DNA of 64,000 nt from a bacterium (GCA_025774245.1 JALGWI010000032.1:226-64225); one strand, 5' to 3'. Numbered from the stretch's first letter, positions 9,468 to 18,648 are shown. The notes: generated by a model not told the origin, from the letters alone. Numbers and translations: made by a program.

Positions 9468-10469
9468 TTACGGCCGGACGGCGGCACGCCCGGCTCCTCT
9501 CGCGAGCTCGTAGACGAGGACGCCGACGGTCGGTCCCGGCGGCATGCCTCTGCGGATGTCGATGTCGGCGCGGTAGAACTTCTCGATGCCGGCGGCGTAC
9601 TCCCTCGAGCTCCGTGACCTCGCGAGCTCGCCGACGTCACCGAGCCCGGCCCAGATCCCGCCGTGACCGCCGAAGCCGCCTCCCCCCCCCCCGCCGCCCC
9701 GAGCGATCCACAGGCTGACCCAGAACCCGTGCAGCTGGGAGACCAGCTGCGCTTCGTCCACGCCACCGTCGACCAGCTCGTCGAGGAGCGAGAGCGCGTC
9801 CCCGGCCCTCTTCTCCGCGATCGCGAGCGCCAGGTCCTTGAGACTCGATGCCCTCGCGCCGACGACCTGATCCACGTCCGAGAGGCCGATCGCGGGCCGA
9901 TCCCCGACGAAGCAGGAGAGCTTGTCGAGCTCATTGGCGATGCGGTTGAGCTCCCCGTCGGTCCAGTCGACGAGCGCCGACAGCGCGTCCTCGTCGATGC
10001 CGTGCTCCCGCTCCTCGACCATCTTCCGAACGATCGAGAAGAGGGTCTCGCGCGCCGGCCGGCCGCACTCGACGACCGAAGCCATCCCGAGAATCTCCCG
10101 CTCGAACTTGTTCCGCCCGGAGAGCCGCCCGAAGCTCACGAGGGCCAGGCACGAGCTCGGCACGGGCGCCCGCACGTAGTCGAGGAGCTTCGTGCGCTGG
10201 GAGGGGTTCATGCCATCGAACTCGTAGACGACCGTGAGCCGCTTCGAGGAGAGCATCGGCGCGGTCGCCGCGTTCGCCGCCACCGCGTCGGCCGTCGCGT
10301 CCCGGCCGGCCAGGCTGGCGAAGTCGAAGGCCTCGCTTCCGGGGGTGAGGACGTGCTTCCTGAGAAGCTCGACCGCCAGGCGGGCCAGATAGGGCTCCTC
10401 GCCGTGGAAGACGAGGACCGGCGGCAGCGCGTCGCCCTTGAGGGCCTGCTGGAACTCGGAGAAGGTCAT
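9468..10469 (-). CDS. holA: DNA polymerase III delta subunit
   Basis: 333 aa from MTFSEFQQALKG...; HolA N-terminal and helical domains (LVFHGEEPYL, ...SALVDWTDGELNRIANELDKL). Contains a Gly-rich stretch GGGGGGGGFGGHGG encoded by a poly-C run (about 9673-9690). The 5' part of ORF 9468..11285 (Arg/Pro-rich) is non-coding overprinting of lptE. Confidence 0.8.
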   Translation of the reverse strand: MTFSEFQQALKGDALPPVLVFHGEEPYLARLAVELLRKHVLTPGSEAFDFASLAGRDATADAVAANAATAPMLSSKRLTVVYEFDGMNPSQRTKLLDYVRAPVPSSCLALVSFGRLSGRNKFEREILGMASVVECGRPARETLFSIVRKMVEEREHGIDEDALSALVDWTDGELNRIANELDKLSCFVGDRPAIGLSDVDQVVGARASSLKDLALAIAEKRAGDALSLLDELVDGGVDEAQLVSQLHGFWVSLWIARGGGGGGGGFGGHGGIWAGLGDVGELARSRSSREYAAGIEKFYRADIDIRRGMPPGPTVGVLVYELARGAGRAAVRP

Positions 10470-10531
10470 GGTCCGTCCCGGCGGCCGGGAACGCCGATCG
10501 GCGGCGGCGGCCGCGGTCTTGCGGAGAATCG

Positions 10532-11044
10532 TCACCAGCCCTGCACGGTCTTGCTCAAGACGTCCCGCGCCAGCAGCACGAAGGCCGCGGCCCGGGCTTC
10601 TTCCTCGGTTGCGAACTCGCTCGACACGCCGCCGACCGAGTACGCGGCCCATCCCTCGACGTCGCCCTCCCAGATGATCTCGTTCTTCCGGAGGTTCACG
10701 TAGGAGAGCCGGGCGATCGTGCGCACCTTGTACTCGTTCGGGTTCCCGGCGGCGTCGTACGACATCACCGGGCGCTGGTAGAGGATGACGGCCCCCCTCA
10801 GGATCGACTCGGCCTCGTCCTCTCCGAGGACCCGAAGCGTGTTGTCGTTCTGGAACTCGCGGATGATCGCGTCGGTCAGATCCTGCTCGGCGCCGAACTC
10901 GAGGGTCTCGTTGGCGAGAATGGGCACGGCGATCGACGACACGTCGCCCTTGACCGACTGGGAGAAGCCGTAGTGCGAGCAACCGGAGACGACCAGAGCG
11001 AGGAGGACGAACGGAAGGCCTCGCCGCCAGCTGGACACCATCAT
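10532..11044 (-). CDS. lptE: LPS-assembly lipoprotein LptE
   Basis: 170 aa; lipobox LLALVVSG-C; LptE-like fold signature. Conserved lptE-holA adjacency (as downstream of leuS in E. coli); ATG overlaps the upstream gene's TGA (ATGA). Confidence 0.7.
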   Translation of the reverse strand: MMVSSWRRGLPFVLLALVVSGCSHYGFSQSVKGDVSSIAVPILANETLEFGAEQDLTDAIIREFQNDNTLRVLGEDEAESILRGAVILYQRPVMSYDAAGNPNEYKVRTIARLSYVNLRKNEIIWEGDVEGWAAYSVGGVSSEFATEEEARAAAFVLLARDVLSKTVQGW

Positions 11045-12447
11045 CGCTCGCCTCCCGTGAGCCGCTTCCTGAGCGTGTTTCGACTGATTCCGAGGAGCTG
11101 CGCCGCGCGAACCTGGTTGCCCCCCACCCGGGCGAGCGCCTCCTCGGCGAGGAGCCGCTCCACCGCGGAGACGACGGCCCCGTCGATCGACGGCGTCCCG
11201 GCTTCGGCGAGCCGCTCGAACTCGGCGCGGACGGTCGCGGCCAGGTCGCCGGCCGCGCGGCCCTCGTCCGGCGTCGCGGGCGCACCCTCCCCCGCAGCTT
11301 CGAAGACGTCGAAGTCCTCGGGAGAGAGGACGCCGGTGCGGTTCAGGGCCACTGCCCGCTCGATCGCGTGCTCGAGCTCGCGGACGTTCCCGGGCCACGG
11401 GTAGCTCTCGAGGAGATCGACCACGTCGGGAGACATGCCCTCGATCTCCCGTTTCATCTCGGTCTTGGCTCGCTCGAGGAAGTGCTCCGCGAGGAACGGA
11501 ATGTCCGGGCGCCGGTCCCTCAGGGGCGGGATGAAGAGCGAGACCACCTTGAGCCGATAGAAGAGGTCGACGCGGAAGTGCCCCTCCTTCATGAGCCTGA
11601 CGAGGCTCCGGTCGGTCGCCGCGATCACGCGCACGTCGACCTTCGTCCTCGTTCTCGCGTGGGGCCTCTCGAAGTAGCCGCTCTCGAGCACGCTCAGGAT
11701 GCGCCCCTGGGTCGCGAGCCCCGCGCGGTCGATCTCGTCGAGGAAGACCGTCCCTCGGTTCGCCTGCTCGAAACGCCCGGCGCCGGCCTCGATGCCTCCG
11801 CCGTCGGTCCACCCGAAGAGCTCCGCGTCGAGCGAGTCCCCCGGAAGGGCCGCGCAGTTGAGCGCCACGAACGGGCGATCGCGCCGGTTGCTGTTGTAGT
11901 GGACGGCCCTGGCGACGAGCTCCTTACCGGTGCCCGCCTCGCCGTTGATGAGGACCGCGGCGCCGGTCATCGCCACCTGGCCGATGAGCTTGTGGATCTC
12001 GATCATCTCGGGCGTCTTGCCGACGATCGCTCCGAGGTCGGTGACGTCGCCCGGCCCGGGAGAACCGATCGTCCGGATCACGCGGCCGTCCGAGGAGAGC
12101 GCGCGGCGCGCGGCGTCCTCGAGGCCGCCGGGCAGCGTCTCGCGCGGCAGGTAGTCGTACGCGCCCTCGCGCATCGACTCGATGGCGCCCCGGGTGCTCG
12201 TCGTCTCGGCGACGACGACGATCGGGAGCCTGCGCTCTACCTCCTTGATCGCGCGGAGCACCTCGACGGGCGTCATGGACTCGATTCCGTGCTCGAGGAC
12301 GACGAGGTCGGGTCGGCGCTCGTCGAGCGCCGCCAGGAGTGCCCTGGGATCGGACCAGACGTGCACGCTGTAGGCGAGGCCGGGGAGAGCCCGAACGAGA
12401 TCGGCCGCCTCCCGCTCACTTCTGTCGAGGATCCATACGTCCTTCAT
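11041..12447 (-). CDS. NtrC-family AAA+ transcriptional regulator with atypical receiver domain and no GAFTGA motif
   Basis: Receiver-like N-terminus; central AAA+ domain (GEAGTGKE Walker A, FLDEID Walker B, R-finger region); C-terminal Fis-type HTH (AAQLLGISRNTLRKRL). Phospho-acceptor position is Glu (PDLVVLEHG); GAFTGA replaced by GGGIEAGAG. Confidence 0.85.
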   Translation of the reverse strand: MKDVWILDRSEREAADLVRALPGLAYSVHVWSDPRALLAALDERRPDLVVLEHGIESMTPVEVLRAIKEVERRLPIVVVAETTSTRGAIESMREGAYDYLPRETLPGGLEDAARRALSSDGRVIRTIGSPGPGDVTDLGAIVGKTPEMIEIHKLIGQVAMTGAAVLINGEAGTGKELVARAVHYNSNRRDRPFVALNCAALPGDSLDAELFGWTDGGGIEAGAGRFEQANRGTVFLDEIDRAGLATQGRILSVLESGYFERPHARTRTKVDVRVIAATDRSLVRLMKEGHFRVDLFYRLKVVSLFIPPLRDRRPDIPFLAEHFLERAKTEMKREIEGMSPDVVDLLESYPWPGNVRELEHAIERAVALNRTGVLSPEDFDVFEAAGEGAPATPDEGRAAGDLAATVRAEFERLAEAGTPSIDGAVVSAVERLLAEEALARVGGNQVRAAQLLGISRNTLRKRLTGGER

Positions 12448-12495
12448 GGGTCCACCCCCGCGGATGAACTCCCGCCGCCGCTCCCCCGCCGGGCG

Positions 12496-13440
12496 CTAGC
12501 TTCGGATGCCCATCGTCTTGCGGAACCAGGCGACCGTACGCTCGAGGCCGTCCTCGAACGAGACGTTCGGATCGAAGCCCAGCAGTTCCCGGGCCTTGCC
12601 GATGTCGGCGAAGGAGTGCATGACGTCGCCGCGGCGGGCCTCGTCGTACCGGGCGTCGATCGTCGCACCGATCAGGTCGCGGAGCCTCGCGAAGAGCTCG
12701 TTCACCGTAATCGTCGCGCCGCACGCGACGTTCATGACCTCCCCGATGCCGCGATCGGTCTCCGCGGCGAGGAGGTTGGCGTCGACCACGTTCGCCACGT
12801 ACGTGAAGTCACGCGACTGCTCGCCGTCCCCGTAGACGATCGGCGCCGTGCCCTTCAGGAGGGCCGCGACGAAGATCGGGACGACGGCGGCGTACTGGGA
12901 GGTCGGATCCTGCCTGGGGCCGAAGACGTTGAAGTACCTCAGGGGAACGCACGGCAGCCCGTAGAGCTTCGAGAAGACCTGGCAGTAGTACTCGCCCCCG
13001 AGCTTCCCGACGGCGTAGGGCGACCCGGGCGCCGGCGGCATGGTCTCGACCTTCGGAAGCACGGGCGTGTCGCCGTAGATCGAGGACGAGCTCGCGTAGA
13101 TCACGCGCCGCACGCCGGCGTCGCGGCTCGCCGCCAGCACGTTCAGGGTGCCGCCGACGTTGACCTCGTTGCTCGTCACGGGGTCATCGACCGACCTCGG
13201 GACCGAGGCGAGCGCCGCTTCGTGAAAGACGACCTCGACACCCTCGACCGCCGACCTGACGGCGTCCAGACTCCTGATGTCGGCCTCGTGGAGTTCGATC
13301 CGGCCGGCGAACGGCCCGACGTTCTCGCGACGTCCCGTCGAGAAGTTGTCGATGACGCGAACCTGGTGACCGAGCTCGAGCAGCCTCTCGACGAGGTGCG
13401 AGCCGATGAACCCGGCGCCACCGGTAACGAGTGCACGCAT
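12496..13440 (-). CDS. NAD-dependent nucleotide-sugar epimerase/dehydratase (WbpP/Gne-like UDP-HexNAc(A) 4-epimerase family)
   Basis: GGAGFIGSHLVERL Rossmann motif, VIDNFSTGRREN, YASSSSIYGD (catalytic S), YxxxK downstream. Confidence 0.85.
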   Translation of the reverse strand: MRALVTGGAGFIGSHLVERLLELGHQVRVIDNFSTGRRENVGPFAGRIELHEADIRSLDAVRSAVEGVEVVFHEAALASVPRSVDDPVTSNEVNVGGTLNVLAASRDAGVRRVIYASSSSIYGDTPVLPKVETMPPAPGSPYAVGKLGGEYYCQVFSKLYGLPCVPLRYFNVFGPRQDPTSQYAAVVPIFVAALLKGTAPIVYGDGEQSRDFTYVANVVDANLLAAETDRGIGEVMNVACGATITVNELFARLRDLIGATIDARYDEARRGDVMHSFADIGKARELLGFDPNVSFEDGLERTVAWFRKTMGIRS

Positions 13441-13458
13441 TGATTGCTCCCGCGGCCG

Positions 13459-14751
13459 TTAGATCTTCCTGATGTTGTCTCCGTTCATGCCCTTCAGAGC
13501 GTTCCTCGTGTCGACGATGGGAACGCCCGATCCGGCGAGCATCTCCCTGTCGAAGGCCGAGTGCGCCGTGGTGATCACCACGCAATCGACGCTCGAAAGG
13601 AGCTCGGGCGTCAGATCCTCGCTCCTCATCTCCATGCCCCCCACAGAGAGCTCCGGAACGTGAGGGTCAGAGTAGCACAGGTCGGCCCCCTTGTCCCTCA
13701 GGAGCTTGATCACGTCGAGCGCCGGGGCCTCCCGGACGTCGTTGATGTCCTCCTTGTAGGCCACCCCGAGGATGAGGACCTTCGAGCCCTTGACCGGCTT
13801 GCCGCCGTCGTTCAGGCAGTCGGAGATCTTGGAAACAACGTAGTACGGCATGCTGCCGTTGATCACGCCCGCCAGCTCGATGAACCTGGCCTCGAACCCA
13901 CTCTCTTTCGCCTTCCACGAGAGGTAGAACGGATCGATCGGAATGCAGTGCCCGCCGAGGCCCGGCCCCGGATAGAACGGCATGAACCCGAACGGCTTCG
14001 TCGCGGCGGCGTCGATCACCTCCCAGACGTCGATCCCCATGCGGTCGCTCATCAGCGCGAGTTCGTTGACGAGACCGATGTTGACGCTCCGGAACGTGTT
14101 CTCGAGGAGCTTCACCATCTCCGCGACCTTCGTTGAGGAGACCGGCACGACCGGTCCCAGCGTCTGCTCGTAGAGGATCACGGCGCGCTCGGTGCACGCG
14201 GGAGTCACGCCGCCGACCACCTTCGGGATGTTCTTCGTGTTCCAGTCGGGGTTCCCGGGGTCGACGCGCTCGGGCGAGAACGCGAGGTAGAAGTCCTCCC
14301 CCACCTTGAGGCCCGTGTCCTCGAGCCTCGCGAGGATGACCTCCTCGGTCGTGCCCGGGTAGGTCGTGCTGTCGAGGATGATCATCATGTCCTTGTGGAG
14401 GTACTTCACGATCTCCTGGACGGCCGACCTGACGTACGAGATGTCGGGGTCGCGCGTCTTCCTCAGAGGCGTGGGAACGCAGATGTCGACCGAGTCGACA
14501 TCCTTGAGGGCCGCGTAGTCGGTCGTGGCCGTGAAGATCCCCGAAGCCAGGCTCTCCCGCACCCACTCACTCGGCACGTCCTGGATGTACGACTCACCAG
14601 CGAGGAGCGTCCGCACCTTCTTCTCGTCGTTGTCGATCCCTGTCACTCGGAATCCCGCACGGGCGAACTCCATCGACAGCGGGAGTCCAACGTATCCCAG
14701 TCCGATGACGCCCAGATGCGCTTCTCTCGTTTGCAGTTTCTCCTTGAGCAA
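13459..14751 (-). CDS. UDP-N-acetyl-D-glucosamine / -mannosamine 6-dehydrogenase (WbpA/WecC/TviB family)
   Basis: GVIGLGYVGLP N-terminal NAD fold; catalytic Cys region GGHCIPID; UDP-binding C-terminal domain. TTG start with AAGGAGGAG 5 nt upstream (alternative GTG 27 nt further 5'); upstream ORF part is out of register with the overlapping gene 14811..16082. Confidence 0.8.
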   Translation of the reverse strand: MLKEKLQTREAHLGVIGLGYVGLPLSMEFARAGFRVTGIDNDEKKVRTLLAGESYIQDVPSEWVRESLASGIFTATTDYAALKDVDSVDICVPTPLRKTRDPDISYVRSAVQEIVKYLHKDMMIILDSTTYPGTTEEVILARLEDTGLKVGEDFYLAFSPERVDPGNPDWNTKNIPKVVGGVTPACTERAVILYEQTLGPVVPVSSTKVAEMVKLLENTFRSVNIGLVNELALMSDRMGIDVWEVIDAAATKPFGFMPFYPGPGLGGHCIPIDPFYLSWKAKESGFEARFIELAGVINGSMPYYVVSKISDCLNDGGKPVKGSKVLILGVAYKEDINDVREAPALDVIKLLRDKGADLCYSDPHVPELSVGGMEMRSEDLTPELLSSVDCVVITTAHSAFDREMLAGSGVPIVDTRNALKGMNGDNIRKI

Positions 14752-14810
14752 CGTCTCCTCCTTGCTACCCCTTCCCACCGCACGGAGAACGACGACCCCC
14801 GGCGGGGCGT

Positions 14811-16082
14811 CTAGCCCATTGACAGGGCCAGGGAGACCATCCCGGCCGTGGCAATCGGCAACAACAGATTGTCCGCTGGGCCCAGTGGCAGGGACTCCAG
14901 CACGCTCGCTACCGCTCCGACGGCCAGCGCCCACGGCAGCGAGACATAGAACATAGCAATAATCACGCCGACTCCGAAGAGAGCCATCGACCCGACGAGC
15001 GTCTTCCCGGGATTGTGCGGGAGCGCGGTGCTCCCGAAGGCCCTGCCGACGAGGCTCGCAGCACTGTCCCCTATGGCAAGAATCAGCACCCCGGCCGTCG
15101 CGGCCGGATGGCCGAAGAAAGCGACTGTGAACCATATACCGATCCCGAAGAGCAGCGGCCCCCACACGAGCCCCCTCGGCTCGGAGACGCGCATCGACCG
15201 CCACGTCAGGGCCGCGAAACCGGGCAGGGCCACGCCCTGGAGCCTGAGCGCCTCCGACATCATGTAGATGAGCGTGATGCCGCCGATGAGCCACAGGGCG
15301 AAGGTCTTCGACCAGGCCGCGATCAGCGGGACGAAGATGGCGCACGTGTGGATCGCCTTGCGGAGCATCTCGTGGCGAACGGCGATCCCCTGCAGCGTCA
15401 CGCCGAACCTGACGCCCTCCGGGAAGAACTCGAGGATCTCCCGGAGGTTCCGAGTATGAAGCACGAAGCTCGCCCTGCGGAGGATCGACCACTCGGGATT
15501 GAGACCGATGCTCCTCCACGCGGCCTCGACGATCTCGAGGTTGCTGCCGTCGTCGACGATGACGGTAGCGTCGGACCAGGAGAGCCCCTTCTCCCTCAGG
15601 ATCCCCTCGAGTCCGAGCCGCTTGCCGTGCGCCGAGTGGCGCTCGCCGAGCATGCGTCCGGTCAGGACCCCGTCGTTCTCCTCGAGGAGCACGCCGTACG
15701 CGCCGTCGGCTCCCACCTGCCTGGCGATCTTCTCGACGACCTGCTGCGGAACGCCCGCGCTCACGAGCACGACGCTGTAGCCGGCCTGCTTGAGCGACGC
15801 GCAGACCTCGCCCGCGCCGCGCGCCAGCCGGACGGACTCGGCCGCATGCAGGACGTGGTCGATGCCGGCGCCGCGCTGGTAGTAGTAGGCCCGTTCGACG
15901 GCCTCGCGGACCGTGATGAACCCGATCTTGAGCAGGAAGCCGAGCCAGAGATGGCGCACCCACACCCACGGGCTGGTCAGCCAGGCGAGCCGCGAGAGGA
16001 AGAGCCCCCGCAGGAGTACCCCGTCGACGTCGAAGGCGACCAGCCCTCTCGAGCCGGCCAAGGACCTACCCCCCCCGCTCAC
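14811..16082 (-). CDS. Fusion protein: N-terminal HAD-superfamily phosphatase domain plus C-terminal polytopic CTP-dependent polyprenol/dolichol kinase-like (CdsA/DolK/VTE5 family) domain
   Basis: GTG start; HAD motif I FDVDGVL at residue about 18, ...VIVDDGSN; C-terminal 6-7 TM helices with ...HPAATAGVLILAIGDSAASLVGRAFGSTALPHNPGKTLVGS (conserved kinase-family loop). Confidence 0.6.
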   Translation of the reverse strand: MSGGGRSLAGSRGLVAFDVDGVLLRGLFLSRLAWLTSPWVWVRHLWLGFLLKIGFITVREAVERAYYYQRGAGIDHVLHAAESVRLARGAGEVCASLKQAGYSVVLVSAGVPQQVVEKIARQVGADGAYGVLLEENDGVLTGRMLGERHSAHGKRLGLEGILREKGLSWSDATVIVDDGSNLEIVEAAWRSIGLNPEWSILRRASFVLHTRNLREILEFFPEGVRFGVTLQGIAVRHEMLRKAIHTCAIFVPLIAAWSKTFALWLIGGITLIYMMSEALRLQGVALPGFAALTWRSMRVSEPRGLVWGPLLFGIGIWFTVAFFGHPAATAGVLILAIGDSAASLVGRAFGSTALPHNPGKTLVGSMALFGVGVIIAMFYVSLPWALAVGAVASVLESLPLGPADNLLLPIATAGMVSLALSMG

Positions 16083-16305
16083 CTGACCTCCCGAAGAAGA
16101 CGACGACTCCGCGGAACGCGGCCCAGCACGCGATACCGGCCATGAGAATCGCCACGTAGGCGAAGCGGTGGCCGTAGCGCGGAACGATCAGCCCGAAGTA
16201 CCGCGACACTCCGTAGAACAGCATGGCGGCCAGGGCGATGTTCGCGCCGCCGACCGAGTACCTGTACAGCCTGGGTTGTCCGGAAGGACGCTGACCCGTC
16301 CGCAT
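16066..16305 (-). CDS. Possible small two-TM membrane protein (79 aa)
   Basis: Two clear hydrophobic helices (ANIALAAMLFYGVSRYFGLIV; AYVAILMAGIACWAAF); ORF ends overlapping the GTG start of the HAD-kinase gene. No homology recognised; could be an artefact. Confidence 0.3.
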   Translation of the reverse strand: MRTGQRPSGQPRLYRYSVGGANIALAAMLFYGVSRYFGLIVPRYGHRFAYVAILMAGIACWAAFRGVVVFFGRSGERGG

Positions 16306-16326
16306 CGGAGGCCTCCGCTCCGCGGC

Positions 16327-18462
16327 TCAACGGACCACGGCGAACTTCCCCGCCTCCAGCCACGACGGGTCCTTCCCCCCGCCGTCGTACACGCGGAGCT
16401 GGTAGACGTAGACGCCGCTCGCGAGATGAGTCGCGCTGCCGCTGAACTCGGTCCACGCGACCGAGTTCCATCCGCCGAGGGTCCCCATGTTCTCCTCGAT
16501 GGAGCCGATGGGGTTGTGGTACCTCAAGAAGCTCCCGAGGGTCTGCCCCGTGATGTCGAAGACGTCGATCTCGACGGAACCGGCGTCGCGAGAGAGATCG
16601 TAGCCGAAGGCCAGCTCCTCCGATTCCCCCGAGGGACCGGGGTACGGGTTCGGGTAGGGATAGTGGTCGGTCACGAAGAGGGCCGGCGCGTTGACCCTGA
16701 TTGCGACGGCCGCGATGTTGTCCTCGTCCGTGAGCTCGTCGACGCCCTCCGCGATGATCCGGGCCGTAACCTCGTGATTGCCGAGATCGTCGTCGTCGAA
16801 CTCCCAGTCGAACTCGTAGGTGATCACCTCTCCGCCGCCCATCGTACGTTCGGTCTGGAAGACCGAGAGGAGCTCACCCTCGTCCTCGGGGCCGTCCCAG
16901 ATCTCGAGCGTGAGGTCGACGAACTCCTCGGGCCCGAAGACGTGGACGTCCACGCGGACCGTCGTCGCCGAGTTCGTCCAGAACTCGTCCGGCGTGAATC
17001 GGAAGTCCTCCGAGAACACGGCGAGGTTGATCGCGGAGTCGGGATCGGCGAGACGCGCGATCGCGCCCGCGACCATCTTCGCCGTCGAGGCGAGCTGGTC
17101 AAGGGAGATGTGCGCGATCGTGTCGGCGACCGTGTGGTAGTTCGGGTTCCAGTAGTTGGGGTGCCAGTTTTCGAGGGCCGTGAGGGCGTCGTACCCCTCG
17201 ATCCAGAAGCTCATGTGGTCGCTGTAGGGGGGGATCCTGTCGATGCGGCGGGCGCCGAAGCCCGGGAAGTACTCCGCGTACTCGTCCTCCGCCGTGTCGA
17301 CGAGCCAGCTCGCGAGCCACTTCGTGCTCGGGTTCGTGAGCACGTGACAAGTGTCCTGAGCGGCGCCCGGCGGGTTGTACCCGACCATGTCGACGTTGAT
17401 GACGCCGTAGATCGTGTCGCCCTCGGCGGCGGCGGAGCCGGCGTAGACTTCGCTGCCGAAGAGGCCCGGTTCCTCGGCGTCGAAGAGGATGAACCGGATG
17501 TCGTACGGGAACGAGACGTCGGCCAGCACGCGTGCCGCTTCGAGCACGGTCGCGACGCCCGTCGCGTTGTCGTCCGCGCCGGGAGCCGGGGAGTCGCACC
17601 ACCAGTACCGGTCGCTCGGAGGATAGGATCTCTGCGCCGTTGCGTCGTAGTGCGCCGAGACGACGAAGTACCCCTGAAGCCTCCCCGTCCCCGGGAGGAC
17701 GCCTACGATGTTGTGCATCGCGTACGGCACGATCATCCCGGTCGTGTCGCCGCACACGAATCCGTTCAGCTCGAATCGTTGCGTGTCGACGAGCGCACCC
17801 GCCGGGAGACACGACTCGAGCGCGTCCATGATGTAGGGAATCGCCTCGGTGTTCTTCTCTTCCCGATAGGCGTAGCGCGTCCTCCACGCCCCCCCCGGGT
17901 ATCGGGTCAGTCGTTCGACGTGCGCGGCGAGCGAGTCGGCGGAGACCGCCTCCAGCACGTCCTGCACGAGCCCGCGCACGCTTCGCTCGTCACGCCCGGC
18001 GGCGAGGCTCGCGAGGAGCGGTGGAGTCTCGTCGAAGAGCGCCGCGACCGGAATCGACGCCGGGAGTGGGAGGGCCATGAAGGAAGCTCGGCGGATCTCG
18101 TGAAGCACGTCGGGCGACGCCCCCACGAGCACCGCGCCGTCCGGCTCGACCCACAGGATCTCTCCCGCCCGCTCGAGCTCTTCGAGGTCGGCGGCCGGAT
18201 AGCACAGATAGAGCTCCGCCCAGCGGCCGACGTCGATCACCTCCTCGACGATTCGACCGCGCCTCCGGAGGGCTGCCCCGAGTTGCGAGTCGCCTTCGAT
18301 GAGCGCCTCGGAAGTGCCGACGTGCCGCACCACGACTCCCTCCGCCTCGAGCGAGACGAGGCTTGCACCCTCTTCGTACGTGATTGAGTAGATCACCTGT
18401 CCGGCCGCCGGGGCCGCGGCGAGCGCGAGACACAGCACCGCCGTCACGATCGGGGTCTTCAT
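16327..18462 (-). CDS. Secreted M28-family zinc metallopeptidase with C-terminal T9SS/FlgD-Ig-like sorting domain
   Basis: ATG at residue 91 of the ORF with AGGAGG 6 nt upstream (the ORF's 5' extension translates the tRNA-Arg gene); signal peptide MKTPIVTAVLCLALAAAPAAG; M28 motifs (HYDAT, DDNATGVATVLEAARVL, DAEEPGLFGS, DHMSFW); C-terminal ...GVYVYQLRVYDGGGKDPSWLEAGKFAVVR. Confidence 0.8.
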   Translation of the reverse strand: MKTPIVTAVLCLALAAAPAAGQVIYSITYEEGASLVSLEAEGVVVRHVGTSEALIEGDSQLGAALRRRGRIVEEVIDVGRWAELYLCYPAADLEELERAGEILWVEPDGAVLVGASPDVLHEIRRASFMALPLPASIPVAALFDETPPLLASLAAGRDERSVRGLVQDVLEAVSADSLAAHVERLTRYPGGAWRTRYAYREEKNTEAIPYIMDALESCLPAGALVDTQRFELNGFVCGDTTGMIVPYAMHNIVGVLPGTGRLQGYFVVSAHYDATAQRSYPPSDRYWWCDSPAPGADDNATGVATVLEAARVLADVSFPYDIRFILFDAEEPGLFGSEVYAGSAAAEGDTIYGVINVDMVGYNPPGAAQDTCHVLTNPSTKWLASWLVDTAEDEYAEYFPGFGARRIDRIPPYSDHMSFWIEGYDALTALENWHPNYWNPNYHTVADTIAHISLDQLASTAKMVAGAIARLADPDSAINLAVFSEDFRFTPDEFWTNSATTVRVDVHVFGPEEFVDLTLEIWDGPEDEGELLSVFQTERTMGGGEVITYEFDWEFDDDDLGNHEVTARIIAEGVDELTDEDNIAAVAIRVNAPALFVTDHYPYPNPYPGPSGESEELAFGYDLSRDAGSVEIDVFDITGQTLGSFLRYHNPIGSIEENMGTLGGWNSVAWTEFSGSATHLASGVYVYQLRVYDGGGKDPSWLEAGKFAVVR

Positions 18463-18571
18463 GCCTGCCTCCTGAAGCGTTCCGGAACGCGCGCCTCCCG
18501 GGGCGCGGAGTCGCCGCGTCGGGACCCCACGGGTGCGGGCCGGCGACGAGTCGCCGCCGGCCCGCCCGATC

Positions 18572-18648
18572 TGGTACGCCCGAGAGGATTCGAACCTCCG
18601 ACAACTGGAACCGGAATCCAGTGCTCTATCCAGCTGAGCTACGGGCGC
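18572..18648 (-). tRNA. tRNA-Arg (anticodon CCG)
   Basis: GCGCCCGTAGCTCAGCTGGATAGAGCACTGGATTCCGGTTCCAGTTGTCGGAGGTTCGAATCCTCTCGGGCGTACCA; cloverleaf with anticodon loop TTCCGGT; CCA encoded. Confidence 0.9.

Noticed and set aside
9461-9934. Extension of the nth ORF to 9934 (MSSTSSPASSG...)
   Set aside because: Overlaps the well-supported C-terminal domain of holA in another frame; Ser/Arg-rich low complexity.
11368-13443. 691-aa plus-strand ORF
   Set aside because: Antisense to the NtrC-like regulator and the epimerase; no motifs; GC-frame artefact.
16168-18387. 739-aa plus-strand ORF
   Set aside because: Antisense to the M28 peptidase gene; composition-driven.
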